From an uncultured Smithella sp. (GTDB lineage: Bacteria > Desulfobacterota > Syntrophia > Syntrophales > Smithellaceae): a stretch of 55,502 nt of DNA. The stretch is from assembly GCA_964525155.1 (NCBI GenBank), contig CAZGDK010000004.1, positions 1 to 55,502 on the forward strand, given 5' to 3'. Below, piece after piece: positions 36,758-47,320 of this stretch. The notes beneath the pieces are model-generated. The model made no database searches. It was not told the origin of the DNA and saw only the letters and a program-made list of their open reading frames with translations. The position numbers and the translations under genes were made by a program. How positions within the stretch are numbered: position 1 is the first letter of the stretch; each line of letters begins with the position of its first letter.

Positions 36758-37849
36758 ATGAAAAGAAAATCCGTTCACAATCTTTTGATCATCGCAATGG
36801 CATGTCTGTTTATCACCGGCATGACCGTGGCAACAGGCTATGCACAGTGGTGGACATCATCCAGTTCGTCAAGTTCATCAACATCAGGATGGTGGAGTTC
36901 GTCGTCGTCCAGTTCATCTTCATCCAGTTCAAGTTCAAGCTCAAGCTCGAGCTCGAGCTCGAGTTCAAGTTCGTCAAGCTCCAGCTCTTCGGGAATTCCC
37001 GGTGACAACATCGTGTGTCCGTCCAGCAACCAGGCAGCGGGCAACTACACCTATTCGATTACATCCGGGGGCAGAACCCGCAGTTACCGTCTGCATATTC
37101 CGAGCAGCCTGGTTACCCCGGCCGCCGTGGTGCTCAGTCTGCACGGCATTACCAGTTCCGCTTCCGCCCAGCAGTCCGGAAGCGGTTGGGACACGACATG
37201 CGACAGCAACAAGACCTTTGTCGTGGCTTATCCCGATGGCGTGGACAAGGCCTGGAACGTGGGCCCCTTCAATAATGATATTGACGACGCGCGCTTCATG
37301 GTTGACGTGGTCAACGATATTTCCAAGCGTGTGCGCATCGCTCCCAACAAAATCTTCATCAGCGGCACATCGCTGGGCGGCGGTTTCTCCCACAAGATGG
37401 CCTGCAAGCGGGCAAACTACTTCGCCGGTGCGGCGCCGGTGGTTTTCCACCTGTGGTCCAGTCCCACCGACGTTGCCGACTGCGCGCCCGTACAGCCCAT
37501 TTCGGTTCTGGAATATGCCGGCAAGAATGACTTCCTCGTGAGATATTCGGGCGGCACCAGTTCGGTAAACGGCGGCACCATGACCCACCTGTCGGCCACT
37601 GCAAGCTTCCAGAAATGGGCCAGTCTGAACAGTTGCTCCGGCAGCCCCGTGACCACCTGGTCATCCGGTATTTCATACAACAACAAGCAGTATCAGAACT
37701 GCAGCAATGGTGTGATCGTTGGTCTGGGCACCTTAAGCTGCGGCCACGGACACTGCGCGGATACATCCTTCGGCCTGCCGTCGGATGACGCCTGGAAAGT
37801 GTTTAAAACCAAAACACGCGCCGGCCGCAAGGCGGACGCCTGTAAATAA
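36758..37849 (+). CDS. Secreted esterase of the PHB-depolymerase/LpqC-like family carrying the same QWW-polySer leader.
   Basis: GGAGGAGG SD 8 nt before ATG 36758. Signal peptide ends GYA|QWW. Catalytic domain blocks RSYRLHIP, VVLSLHG, VAYPDG and nucleophile elbow GTSLGG. Confidence 0.75.
   Translation: MKRKSVHNLLIIAMACLFITGMTVATGYAQWWTSSSSSSSSTSGWWSSSSSSSSSSSSSSSSSSSSSSSSSSSSSSSSGIPGDNIVCPSSNQAAGNYTYSITSGGRTRSYRLHIPSSLVTPAAVVLSLHGITSSASAQQSGSGWDTTCDSNKTFVVAYPDGVDKAWNVGPFNNDIDDARFMVDVVNDISKRVRIAPNKIFISGTSLGGGFSHKMACKRANYFAGAAPVVFHLWSSPTDVADCAPVQPISVLEYAGKNDFLVRYSGGTSSVNGGTMTHLSATASFQKWASLNSCSGSPVTTWSSGISYNNKQYQNCSNGVIVGLGTLSCGHGHCADTSFGLPSDDAWKVFKTKTRAGRKADACK
36845..36991 (+). repeat. Coding low-complexity tract QWW-T-S8-TSG-WW-S32, including a self-complementary (AGCTCG)n core.
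   Basis: 32 consecutive Ser codons. The core agctcaagctcgagctcgagctcgagttcaagttcg is palindromic (repeated GAGCTC/CTCGAG). Confidence 0.9.
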
Positions 37850-37872
37850 TGGTTTAATTGATTGATAATTTT

Positions 37873-37920
37873 AGGGGTGGCCACATCTATCCAAAATGCG
37901 GCCACCCCTGTTTATTTCTT
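37873..37920. terminator. Rho-independent terminator between the convergent esterase gene and glpK.
   Basis: Perfect 10-bp stem AGGGGTGGCC / GGCCACCCCT with a 17-nt loop, followed by GTTTATTTCTT. Confidence 0.65.
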
Positions 37921-37974
37921 CCCCGACAACACCTTTGAGCTAACAGCCTATAGTCTATCAGACTACAGCCTTTA

Positions 37975-40625
<2,651 letters not shown>

Positions 40626-40801
40626 GATTATTTTTTCTTTCCTGATCCTGAAATTGCCCCGCGCTAACGAAATGATTGAAAAAATAAGAAAACCTGCCGT
40701 AAAATAACCCGGCGACCTGAAAAAAATCAACCCGGAATTTTCTTTTTTGGACACAAATGCCGATTATATGAGATGAAAAATAATCATCCGGCTGAAATGA
40801 T

Positions 40802-40829
40802 TTGACACCCCGATGATTTTTAATATAAA
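40802..40829 (+). promoter_or_regulatory. Candidate sigma70 promoter for the coiled-coil gene.
   Basis: TTGACA (40802-40807), 16 nt, then TATAAA (40824-40829). It lies about 45 nt upstream of ATG 40875. Confidence 0.35.
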
Positions 40830-40874
40830 AGTACAGTTAAATTGACATCTTGAATGGTGCACGAAAGGTTTACT

Positions 40875-42983
40875 ATGAAAAAACACAAATTAAGCATGCC
40901 GTTGATTTTTCTATGGGTCGCCTTCCTGGTCTGTGTTGCGTCCGCAGAGCAACAAGCACCAAAACAGGCCCCTCAGGAATCTCTGCGCTGGGTGACACTG
41001 TCCACGGATTCACGGGATACGGTCCGCGAAATCATCCGCTCCGAAGTGGACAGCCGCGAGTCTTTCTCCACAAGAAATGAAGAGAGAACAAATCTCAAAG
41101 CCGTGGAAGATGAAAAAGAAAAGGAAGACGCTGATTATAAAAACGCGATTATCGCCGCCAACAAGGAATTCGTCCGCGCCAAGAAAAAACGCGACGATAT
41201 CACATCGCAGTTTCAAATGTCCTCGGCCGATCTCGACGAATCCGCCAAGGGGATAAAAACCATTCGCGCTACCATTGAAAATCTGGACGGACAGATCAGC
41301 CGCTACGAACAGGACATTAAAACCCAGCAGGACTCTCTCAAACGATGGCTGCAAACGGAAAAGCAAGGTGAAATTTTGGTCGCCGTCATTTACAAACGCG
41401 GCTTCCGGGACAGCTCTCATTCCATGGAAGGCAAGGCGGACGTGGCATCCGCGCCGCTGATCGCCGCGCATATGGGAACCTACATCCAGTCTTTTACCAA
41501 AGTCATCAACAATGTCACTTCGGTGGATTTCATCCGCGCCACGGAAGAAGGCACGGCCAAGTGGAATAACGAGGAACCTCTGCGCATCGCTCTGGAAACA
41601 ACCGACAAGGGCACATCCTACCTCCGGCTGAAGCGCTATGAATTGTATCCATTTCAGGAAAGCAAAACCGGAAAGGTCAAGCAGGGAGGAAGCGCCGGAT
41701 TCAAGGCTTCGCTGGTTAAATCCCGTACAGATCTGGATGATTTTTTAAGAGCCAATCAGTATGATCCGGACAAGTATGAACTGGATCGCGCTTATAAAAA
41801 TATTTCCAGCGCCAATCACAGCAATGCCCTGGCGGAAGAAGGACTCAACGAACAGGTCAAATCCTTCCAGGAACGGATTCTGAACCTGCAAAATAAAATC
41901 CGCGAATCGGCCGCGGAGCGCGACGTCCAGAAAACACAGCTCAAGCGCAAGGAAGAAAATTATTACAAACTGAGTCTCGATGTCGCCTCCATCCGGGAAA
42001 AGAAGGATTTGGCCGAGCAGTCCTTTCATCAAGCCCAGCGTTTCCTTCAGGAAAAAAAGAGGGTCCACGAATCCATTATCATCAAGTCCGCTCTGGCGGC
42101 CACCAAGGGGTCTCAAACGCCCGCCGAAGCATCGGCGGAAGTCATTCTCGACAAGCTGGCCGAAGTCAAAAACGATGCCAAAACCCAGCATTCGTCTTCC
42201 GCGACGGAAGTCACCAACTTCCAGGTAACCGCGGAAACCGCCACGCAATCCATCACGGACGCGAGAATCACATCCGTTCGTTTGATCTCGTTTATCAATG
42301 AGGGCGACAGCGTCCGCGTCAAAATGGCTTTTCGCGTCCGAACCATTCTCGAAGAGCAGCCGCAGGCGGAAGAAGCGGCCAGGACCGAGGTTCAGCCGCC
42401 CCCCAAGGCGCATCACGAACCGCCGGCGCGCGTCCAGACGAAAAAAGCGCCCGCCCCCGCCCCGCACCCCAAGGCAGCCCCCGTCGCTCCGCCTCCCGAA
42501 CCCTCTGTTTTGGCGAAAGCGATTCCGCCGTTTAAACGCGCTTATCGGCCTGTGGCCGTCAAGGACGCGCTGGGGTGTTCCTTTGAACTGCGCAGCGCGA
42601 ATTTGACGCAGGAAGGTCTTCGCGTTCTGGTCGAGGTCGTCAACCTGGACAAAGAACTGCGAAACGTCGCTTTCTATGACGAATACTGGAGAAGCTGGCC
42701 GAGATCAAAGCTGCTCGATGAGGCGGGCACGATCTATTACAACACGCACACCTATGTCTGGCAGGGCTCCCAAAAAAAGCTCACCTCCGAAATTGACCGG
42801 CGCCGCGGCGTTGACATCCAGCCGCAAACATCCCTGACTATGGAATTGATTTTCAAAAATATCCCTGAAAACGTCAAAACCGTTAAAATCGTTTTGCATC
42901 CGTTTATTTATTATTCGACAGGCCGAAGAGAAACCTGGCAGGAATTTGATCTGACTATGGCGGATATGCGCATACGGCGATGA
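40875..42983 (+). CDS. Exported long coiled-coil protein with a proline-rich linker and a C-terminal globular domain of about 170 aa. Function unknown.
   Basis: Signal peptide MKKHKLSMPLIFLWVAFLVCVASA. About 400 aa of heptad-like charged sequence. PPPKAHHEPPARVQTKKAPAPAPHPKAAPVAPPPEP linker. No catalytic motif recognised. Confidence 0.6.
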   Translation: MKKHKLSMPLIFLWVAFLVCVASAEQQAPKQAPQESLRWVTLSTDSRDTVREIIRSEVDSRESFSTRNEERTNLKAVEDEKEKEDADYKNAIIAANKEFVRAKKKRDDITSQFQMSSADLDESAKGIKTIRATIENLDGQISRYEQDIKTQQDSLKRWLQTEKQGEILVAVIYKRGFRDSSHSMEGKADVASAPLIAAHMGTYIQSFTKVINNVTSVDFIRATEEGTAKWNNEEPLRIALETTDKGTSYLRLKRYELYPFQESKTGKVKQGGSAGFKASLVKSRTDLDDFLRANQYDPDKYELDRAYKNISSANHSNALAEEGLNEQVKSFQERILNLQNKIRESAAERDVQKTQLKRKEENYYKLSLDVASIREKKDLAEQSFHQAQRFLQEKKRVHESIIIKSALAATKGSQTPAEASAEVILDKLAEVKNDAKTQHSSSATEVTNFQVTAETATQSITDARITSVRLISFINEGDSVRVKMAFRVRTILEEQPQAEEAARTEVQPPPKAHHEPPARVQTKKAPAPAPHPKAAPVAPPPEPSVLAKAIPPFKRAYRPVAVKDALGCSFELRSANLTQEGLRVLVEVVNLDKELRNVAFYDEYWRSWPRSKLLDEAGTIYYNTHTYVWQGSQKKLTSEIDRRRGVDIQPQTSLTMELIFKNIPENVKTVKIVLHPFIYYSTGRRETWQEFDLTMADMRIRR

Positions 42984-43006
42984 ATCAGAAATTGATGGGA
43001 GGCTTT

Positions 43007-43474
43007 ATGAAAAAATTCATTCTTCTGTTATTGTTTGCGTTCATTTTTAGTCTGACAACCGCGGCTGGGGCCGATTTTTATACCTGGGAAGACGAAGACG
43101 GCACAACACACATCACCGATTATCCGCCGCCGCAGGGCAAGAGCGGCCAGGGCGTTAAAATTCACAGAGATGAAGGCGCCACGCCTTCCGATGCGAAGGA
43201 GTCCGCTCAGGGGACGCCTGCAAAAGAACCGGATGTAATTCTCTTCACAAAAAACGTATGCCCGGACTGCGACAAAGCCCGGGATTTTTTAAATTCCCAA
43301 AATATTAATTTTACGGAATACAACATGGATACGGATCCGAATGCCGCGGCCAAAAGAAAAGCAATCGACGACAACAGCGAAGTTCCGTTTGCGGTGATCA
43401 ACCGCTCGCAGGTTTATGGATTTTCGGAATCGGTCTACAAACGGGTCTTGAACATTAATCCGCAGGTAAACTGA
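43007..43474 (+). CDS. Exported DUF4124-like N-terminal module fused to a glutaredoxin/NrdH-like thioredoxin-fold domain.
   Basis: GGGAGG SD before ATG 43007. Signal peptide. FYTWEDEDGTTHITDYPP (DUF4124-like). VILFTKNVCPDCDKARDFL with a CPDC active site. Confidence 0.7.
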   Translation: MKKFILLLLFAFIFSLTTAAGADFYTWEDEDGTTHITDYPPPQGKSGQGVKIHRDEGATPSDAKESAQGTPAKEPDVILFTKNVCPDCDKARDFLNSQNINFTEYNMDTDPNAAAKRKAIDDNSEVPFAVINRSQVYGFSESVYKRVLNINPQVN

Positions 43475-43518
43475 CGCGTTTCTTGAAGCCGAAATCTGCC
43501 GCCGCGATTCAGGCGGTA

Positions 43519-45072
43519 TTATTTCGGCAGCTTGATTTTTTGCCCCAGAAGCAGGGCGTCGTTATCGGTCATGTTGTTGAGGCGGCGCAATTCTTCCACC
43601 GTGATGGCGCTGCTTTTGGCCAGAGAATACCATGTGTCGCCTTTCTTGACCACATATCGCGTCAGAGGTCTGGCATCGGATGTTTTCTGAGCGGCGGGCA
43701 CAAGAATTTTGCGGCCGACGTAAAGAGGATCGTTGATTCTAAGCTGATTGAGCTTCAAAAGGACCGCAAGCGTCGTCTGATGATGTCGCGCGATGGAATT
43801 TAGCGTATCGCCCCGGCAAACGCGATAGACAGACGTTTTGAGCAGCGGCCCCGCGTCTTCGGTTTTTTTCGCCATCGTCGCATCCGCCTCACTGTTTTCC
43901 CCCGTCTCAGCCCCCTTGGCCGCAACGGCTGTTGTGCCAAAATAACCGGCAACGGACAGAGCCACGGCCTCGGCAATGGTTTTATGAAAATTTTTTTTCC
44001 TCAGCATCCGCTCTTCCTCGGCATTGGAGAGAAACGCTGTTTCCAAAAGCACGGCCGGCGTATCCAGTATTTTCAAGACACGAAACGGTGCTTCGTGAAA
44101 AACGGGGTATTTCAGGGTGTGCACCCGGCCTATCTGGCTTAACAAATCAGCAGCAAAGGTTTTCGACAGATTAATCGTATGGGTTTGAAACATGTTCAGG
44201 ATGATCTCATCGGACTGGTTATTGCCCTCGCCGTTGGGCACGCCGCCGATCACATCCGAGAGGTTTTCATTATTGGCTAAAAGCCTTGCCGCTTCGTTGC
44301 TGGCGCCGCCCATGGACAGGCAATAGACCGACCCTCCGCGGGCGCGCCGGTTTTTCGCCGCATCCGCGTGCACGCTGATAAAAAGACTTGCGGACTGATC
44401 CTTGGCCGTTTGCAGCCGTTTGTTGAACGATACGTAATAATCGCCGTCGCGCGTTAGAACTGCCCGATAGCCCGGCATTTTATCAATCGCTCGCTTGATT
44501 TCCCGGCCGATGGCCAGCACGACATGCTTTTCATACGTGCCGCCTTTCCCGATGGCGCCCGGATCATCTCCGCCGTGGCCGGGATCAATGACAATAACTT
44601 TTTTGCGAAGCGGAGAAGAGGCCGCGGGTTCTTTTACCGCCGGTTCCTTAACCGCCTGCTCAATCATGATATCCACAACCACGCGGTCGGGCTTATCCAT
44701 GAATTTTTTCAACTTGAACACATCGGCTTTCAGGCGCTTATCGAGAATCAAATCGATTTTGCACCTGTTTTCGTCTCTGGATGTAAAAATGATTTTGCGG
44801 ATGCCGGGTTTGCCGATGACCTGTTCAGCCGGAATTTGAGCATCAAATACGGCATTGGAGAACTCGATCGTCAGGATGTTATCTTTGATTTGAAACTGAT
44901 AACTCGGTTCGTCGCTGACATCAAAGACAATCCGCGTATGATCGGGCGCGGCCCAGCTGCGGGCTTTCAATATCTCCGTTGCGGCAAAACTCCACTGCGA
45001 CCACAGCAACAAACACCCCATGGACAGACAAAAAAACAATATTCGCATTGATTTATTTTCTGCGCGCCGCAT
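43519..45072 (-). CDS. amiC: N-acetylmuramoyl-L-alanine amidase (AMIN domain, Amidase_3, two LysM repeats).
   Basis: IVIDPGHGGDDPGA and SVHADA amidase_3 blocks. ETAFLSN. Two C-terminal LysM motifs (YRVCRGDTLNSIA, YVVKKGDTWYSLA). The start could instead be the Met at 45048. Confidence 0.88.
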   Translation of the reverse strand: MRRAENKSMRILFFCLSMGCLLLWSQWSFAATEILKARSWAAPDHTRIVFDVSDEPSYQFQIKDNILTIEFSNAVFDAQIPAEQVIGKPGIRKIIFTSRDENRCKIDLILDKRLKADVFKLKKFMDKPDRVVVDIMIEQAVKEPAVKEPAASSPLRKKVIVIDPGHGGDDPGAIGKGGTYEKHVVLAIGREIKRAIDKMPGYRAVLTRDGDYYVSFNKRLQTAKDQSASLFISVHADAAKNRRARGGSVYCLSMGGASNEAARLLANNENLSDVIGGVPNGEGNNQSDEIILNMFQTHTINLSKTFAADLLSQIGRVHTLKYPVFHEAPFRVLKILDTPAVLLETAFLSNAEEERMLRKKNFHKTIAEAVALSVAGYFGTTAVAAKGAETGENSEADATMAKKTEDAGPLLKTSVYRVCRGDTLNSIARHHQTTLAVLLKLNQLRINDPLYVGRKILVPAAQKTSDARPLTRYVVKKGDTWYSLAKSSAITVEELRRLNNMTDNDALLLGQKIKLPK

Positions 45073-45173
45073 GAAGGTGAATTAACAAATTTCCATTTTA
45101 ACTGCAAGGAAAGGTTAAAGATTCATTTTATTCATTGAACATTATTTCAGGATATAGTAGAAGCTCGACTCAC

Positions 45174-45250
45174 GGGCGATTAGCTCAGTTGGATAGAGTA
45201 CTGGCCTCCGAAGCCAGGTGCCGTGAGTTCGAATCTCACATCGCCCACCA
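45174..45250 (+). tRNA. tRNA-Arg (anticodon CCG) with encoded CCA.
   Basis: Cloverleaf folded by hand. Acceptor GGGCGAT/ATCGCCC, D-arm GCTC..GAGT, anticodon arm CTGGC-CTCCGAA-GCCAG, T-arm GTGAG-TTCGAAT-CTCAC, discriminator A then CCA. Confidence 0.93.
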
Positions 45251-45281
45251 AGTCATCATACGATACAATCCATAGAAGCCC

Positions 45282-45310
45282 AAAAACCCGCCAGAATTAG
45301 CGGGTTTTTT
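45282..45310. terminator. Bidirectional terminator after the tRNA and after the convergent PTP-ARH gene.
   Basis: ACCCGC cagaatta GCGGGT stem flanked by AAAAA and TTTTTT. Confidence 0.6.
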
Positions 45311-45345
45311 ATTGGAATTGATATCTCAGAAACCTGTTGTCTTTT

Positions 45346-46980
45346 TTAATTTCCGGGATACTTATTCCACCAGTCATCGGCATCCTTGAACAGAACAAAT
45401 AAATCCCCGGCCATTTCTTCGATCACGTCTTTCAATTCAAGCTCCGCCAGCCAACTTTGGGGGATGGCCGCTTTGCCTTGCTTCGCGCCCAGAATATTGC
45501 CGGTAATCGAACCGGTGCTGTCCGAATCTCCGCTGTGATTGACGGCCAGGCAAACGCCTTTTTCAAAATCCCCATTCGCAGCCAGCGCGCAATAGAGCGA
45601 AATCGCCAGCGCCTCTTCGCCAACCCAACCGCCGCCCATTTTTTCCATGGTTTCCGGACAGGGTTTTATCTTTTTGTCTTTCCTGAGAGCCAAAGCCAGT
45701 TTAACAGCAGTCAGCGTTTCTTCGTGACCATTGTACTTTTTGAGAATGGACAACGTGTGCTTTACGGCGTCTTCAATGCTTTCACCCGCGATCATCTCCG
45801 CTATAATGGCCGCCAGACATCCCGCGGGAAGATAGCCCGATGGATGCCCATGAGTGATCGCGGCGATCTCACAGCCCAGCTTGAAAATAGCCTCAAGTCT
45901 CTTCTTTTGTGTGGCAAATGAACCGGCTTTTGCACCAAACAGTCCAACCGGTGCGGCGCGCATCACACCGCCGCAGCCCTTGCTGTTATTGATCGGATTG
46001 TCCGGTGTGCCCATCTTCGCGCTTTGCAGAGCAGAAAGGCAGGTATTGCCCGGCGCCCGGCGATGGTGCATATCTTTTATTGTCAACAACCAGCCGTCCT
46101 GCACGATATTAAAAGCCTCGTGGGCCGATTTCGTCCCCTGCGTTGCGAGCCACCGCAGATAAGAACGATGAACTATCGAATTGTACTCGGCGGGTATGCC
46201 TTTGAGATGCTCCCGGCAACAGGCGCGAAGAAGACCTTCCGCTGTGAACAGTGTCATCTGTGTATCATCAGTGATCGCGCCTTTTCTGCCATAGCAGGGG
46301 GCATAATTCGCAATACCGTTTTCACCGTATTTGCTGCGTATGGCTCCTATAGAATCAAACTCGACGGCCGCGCCCAGCGCGTCACCAACCGCACCGCCTA
46401 AAAGACACGCCGCAAAATAGTCGGCGCTTAATCGGCCGATCACCGGCTTGCAGGAATAAACATACTTTTCCTGATCCTGTGTTTCTATCGTTCCGGAACG
46501 TGCTGCGCGAACCGCCAAAATTGCATCCTTTTGAGGCATGCCCAGTTCGACCAGCAGTTGCGCCGCCACCGTGCCCGTCCGTCCTAAGCCACCCCGGCAG
46601 TGGAGAAGTATTTTCCCGCCGTCCAATAGAATTTGCCGCAGCTTCGGCCCGGCACTTTTCCAAAGATCAATAAATCGCCTGTCAGGGGGGTGAACATCGG
46701 GAATGGGAAGATGGTAGAATGTCATCGGATAGGAATTCACTTTTTCCGCATAATCAGGAACCCGCAGAAGATCATATTCATACTCCTCCATCAGATTCAC
46801 CAGCGCCCGCGCGCCCCAGGCCTGAATCGCTTTCAGATCAATATCCAGATCACGATCCCACACACCGGAAATGGCGCTTTTTATTTTCTTGCCGGGGCAC
46901 AATGTCATGCCAATGATGCCGCCGCTGGGTACGTTCACTTCATCAATCCGCAGCGGATGGGAAATGCTTGTTTTGATCAT
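45346..46980 (-). CDS. Fusion protein: N-terminal Cys-based (CX5R) phosphatase domain plus C-terminal ADP-ribosylglycohydrolase (ARH/DraG-family) domain.
   Basis: PTP loop [13 protein letters not shown] blocks [23 protein letters not shown] and [16 protein letters not shown]. Confidence 0.8.
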   Translation of the reverse strand: MIKTSISHPLRIDEVNVPSGGIIGMTLCPGKKIKSAISGVWDRDLDIDLKAIQAWGARALVNLMEEYEYDLLRVPDYAEKVNSYPMTFYHLPIPDVHPPDRRFIDLWKSAGPKLRQILLDGGKILLHCRGGLGRTGTVAAQLLVELGMPQKDAILAVRAARSGTIETQDQEKYVYSCKPVIGRLSADYFAACLLGGAVGDALGAAVEFDSIGAIRSKYGENGIANYAPCYGRKGAITDDTQMTLFTAEGLLRACCREHLKGIPAEYNSIVHRSYLRWLATQGTKSAHEAFNIVQDGWLLTIKDMHHRRAPGNTCLSALQSAKMGTPDNPINNSKGCGGVMRAAPVGLFGAKAGSFATQKKRLEAIFKLGCEIAAITHGHPSGYLPAGCLAAIIAEMIAGESIEDAVKHTLSILKKYNGHEETLTAVKLALALRKDKKIKPCPETMEKMGGGWVGEEALAISLYCALAANGDFEKGVCLAVNHSGDSDSTGSITGNILGAKQGKAAIPQSWLAELELKDVIEEMAGDLFVLFKDADDWWNKYPGN

Positions 46981-47026
46981 GCTTACTTTCTTTTCATTTG
47001 ATGTTTTGAATTTTTACATTCAGCGC

Positions 47027-47093
47027 CTGTCCTCCGCTGGCGGAGGCGTCAGTCCGGCGAATGCTGGATGGCGCAAAGCCCCGGAGTTGGATG
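47027..47093 (+). repeat. Interspersed repeat, core copy A (double GC hairpin).
   Basis: CTGTCCTCCGCTGGCGGAGGCGTCAGTCCGGCGAATGCTGGATGGCGCAAAGCCCCGGAGTTGGATG. About 93 percent identical by hand alignment to the reverse complement of 53053-53120. Confidence 0.8.
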
Positions 47094-47101
47094 TTTTTTA
47101 G

Positions 47102-47178
47102 CCTTGTGTCTTGTTCCTTGCTCCTTGCACCTTGCTCCTTTCGCCTCACACCTCACTCCTCACGTCGTTTCTCCTATC
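47102..47178. repeat. Degenerate 7-bp tandem repeat of about 11 units (CCTTGCT-like; AGCAAGG on the gene strand).
   Basis: ccttgtg tcttgtt ccttgct ccttgca ccttgct cctttcg cctcaca cctcact cctcacg tcgtttc tcctatc, read in register. Confidence 0.75.
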
Positions 47179-47320
47179 CGCAAACTGATAACCGACGCCG
47201 AATTGTCAAGGTTAAAGATTTGACCCCGTGCCCACCCAAAGACAATAAAAGGCTAATGAAAACTACTGAATTGATTATCAACTTAACAATTGAAGGGCGA
47301 CCGTTCAGCTCCTTATACCC

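Noticed and set aside
35559-37044. Acidic ELELEL/DDELDD ORFs and Arg/His/Pro-rich ORFs overlapping the polySer tracts (for example 35559-35849, 36838-37044, 36840-37541).
   Set aside because: They are frame or strand artefacts of the serine-codon repeats. The Ser frame connects a signal peptide to recognisable domains.
43486-43530. An imperfect inverted repeat (GCCGAAAT...ATTTCGGC) between the glutaredoxin-like gene and amiC, considered as a terminator.
   Set aside because: The stem is interrupted, it overlaps the amiC stop codon, and there is no clear U tract. This is too weak to call.
45073-45173. A possible promoter for tRNA-Arg (TTGAAC / TATAGT-like hexamers).
   Set aside because: The spacing does not fit a 16-18-nt spacer with both hexamers at once, so I could not support a specific call.
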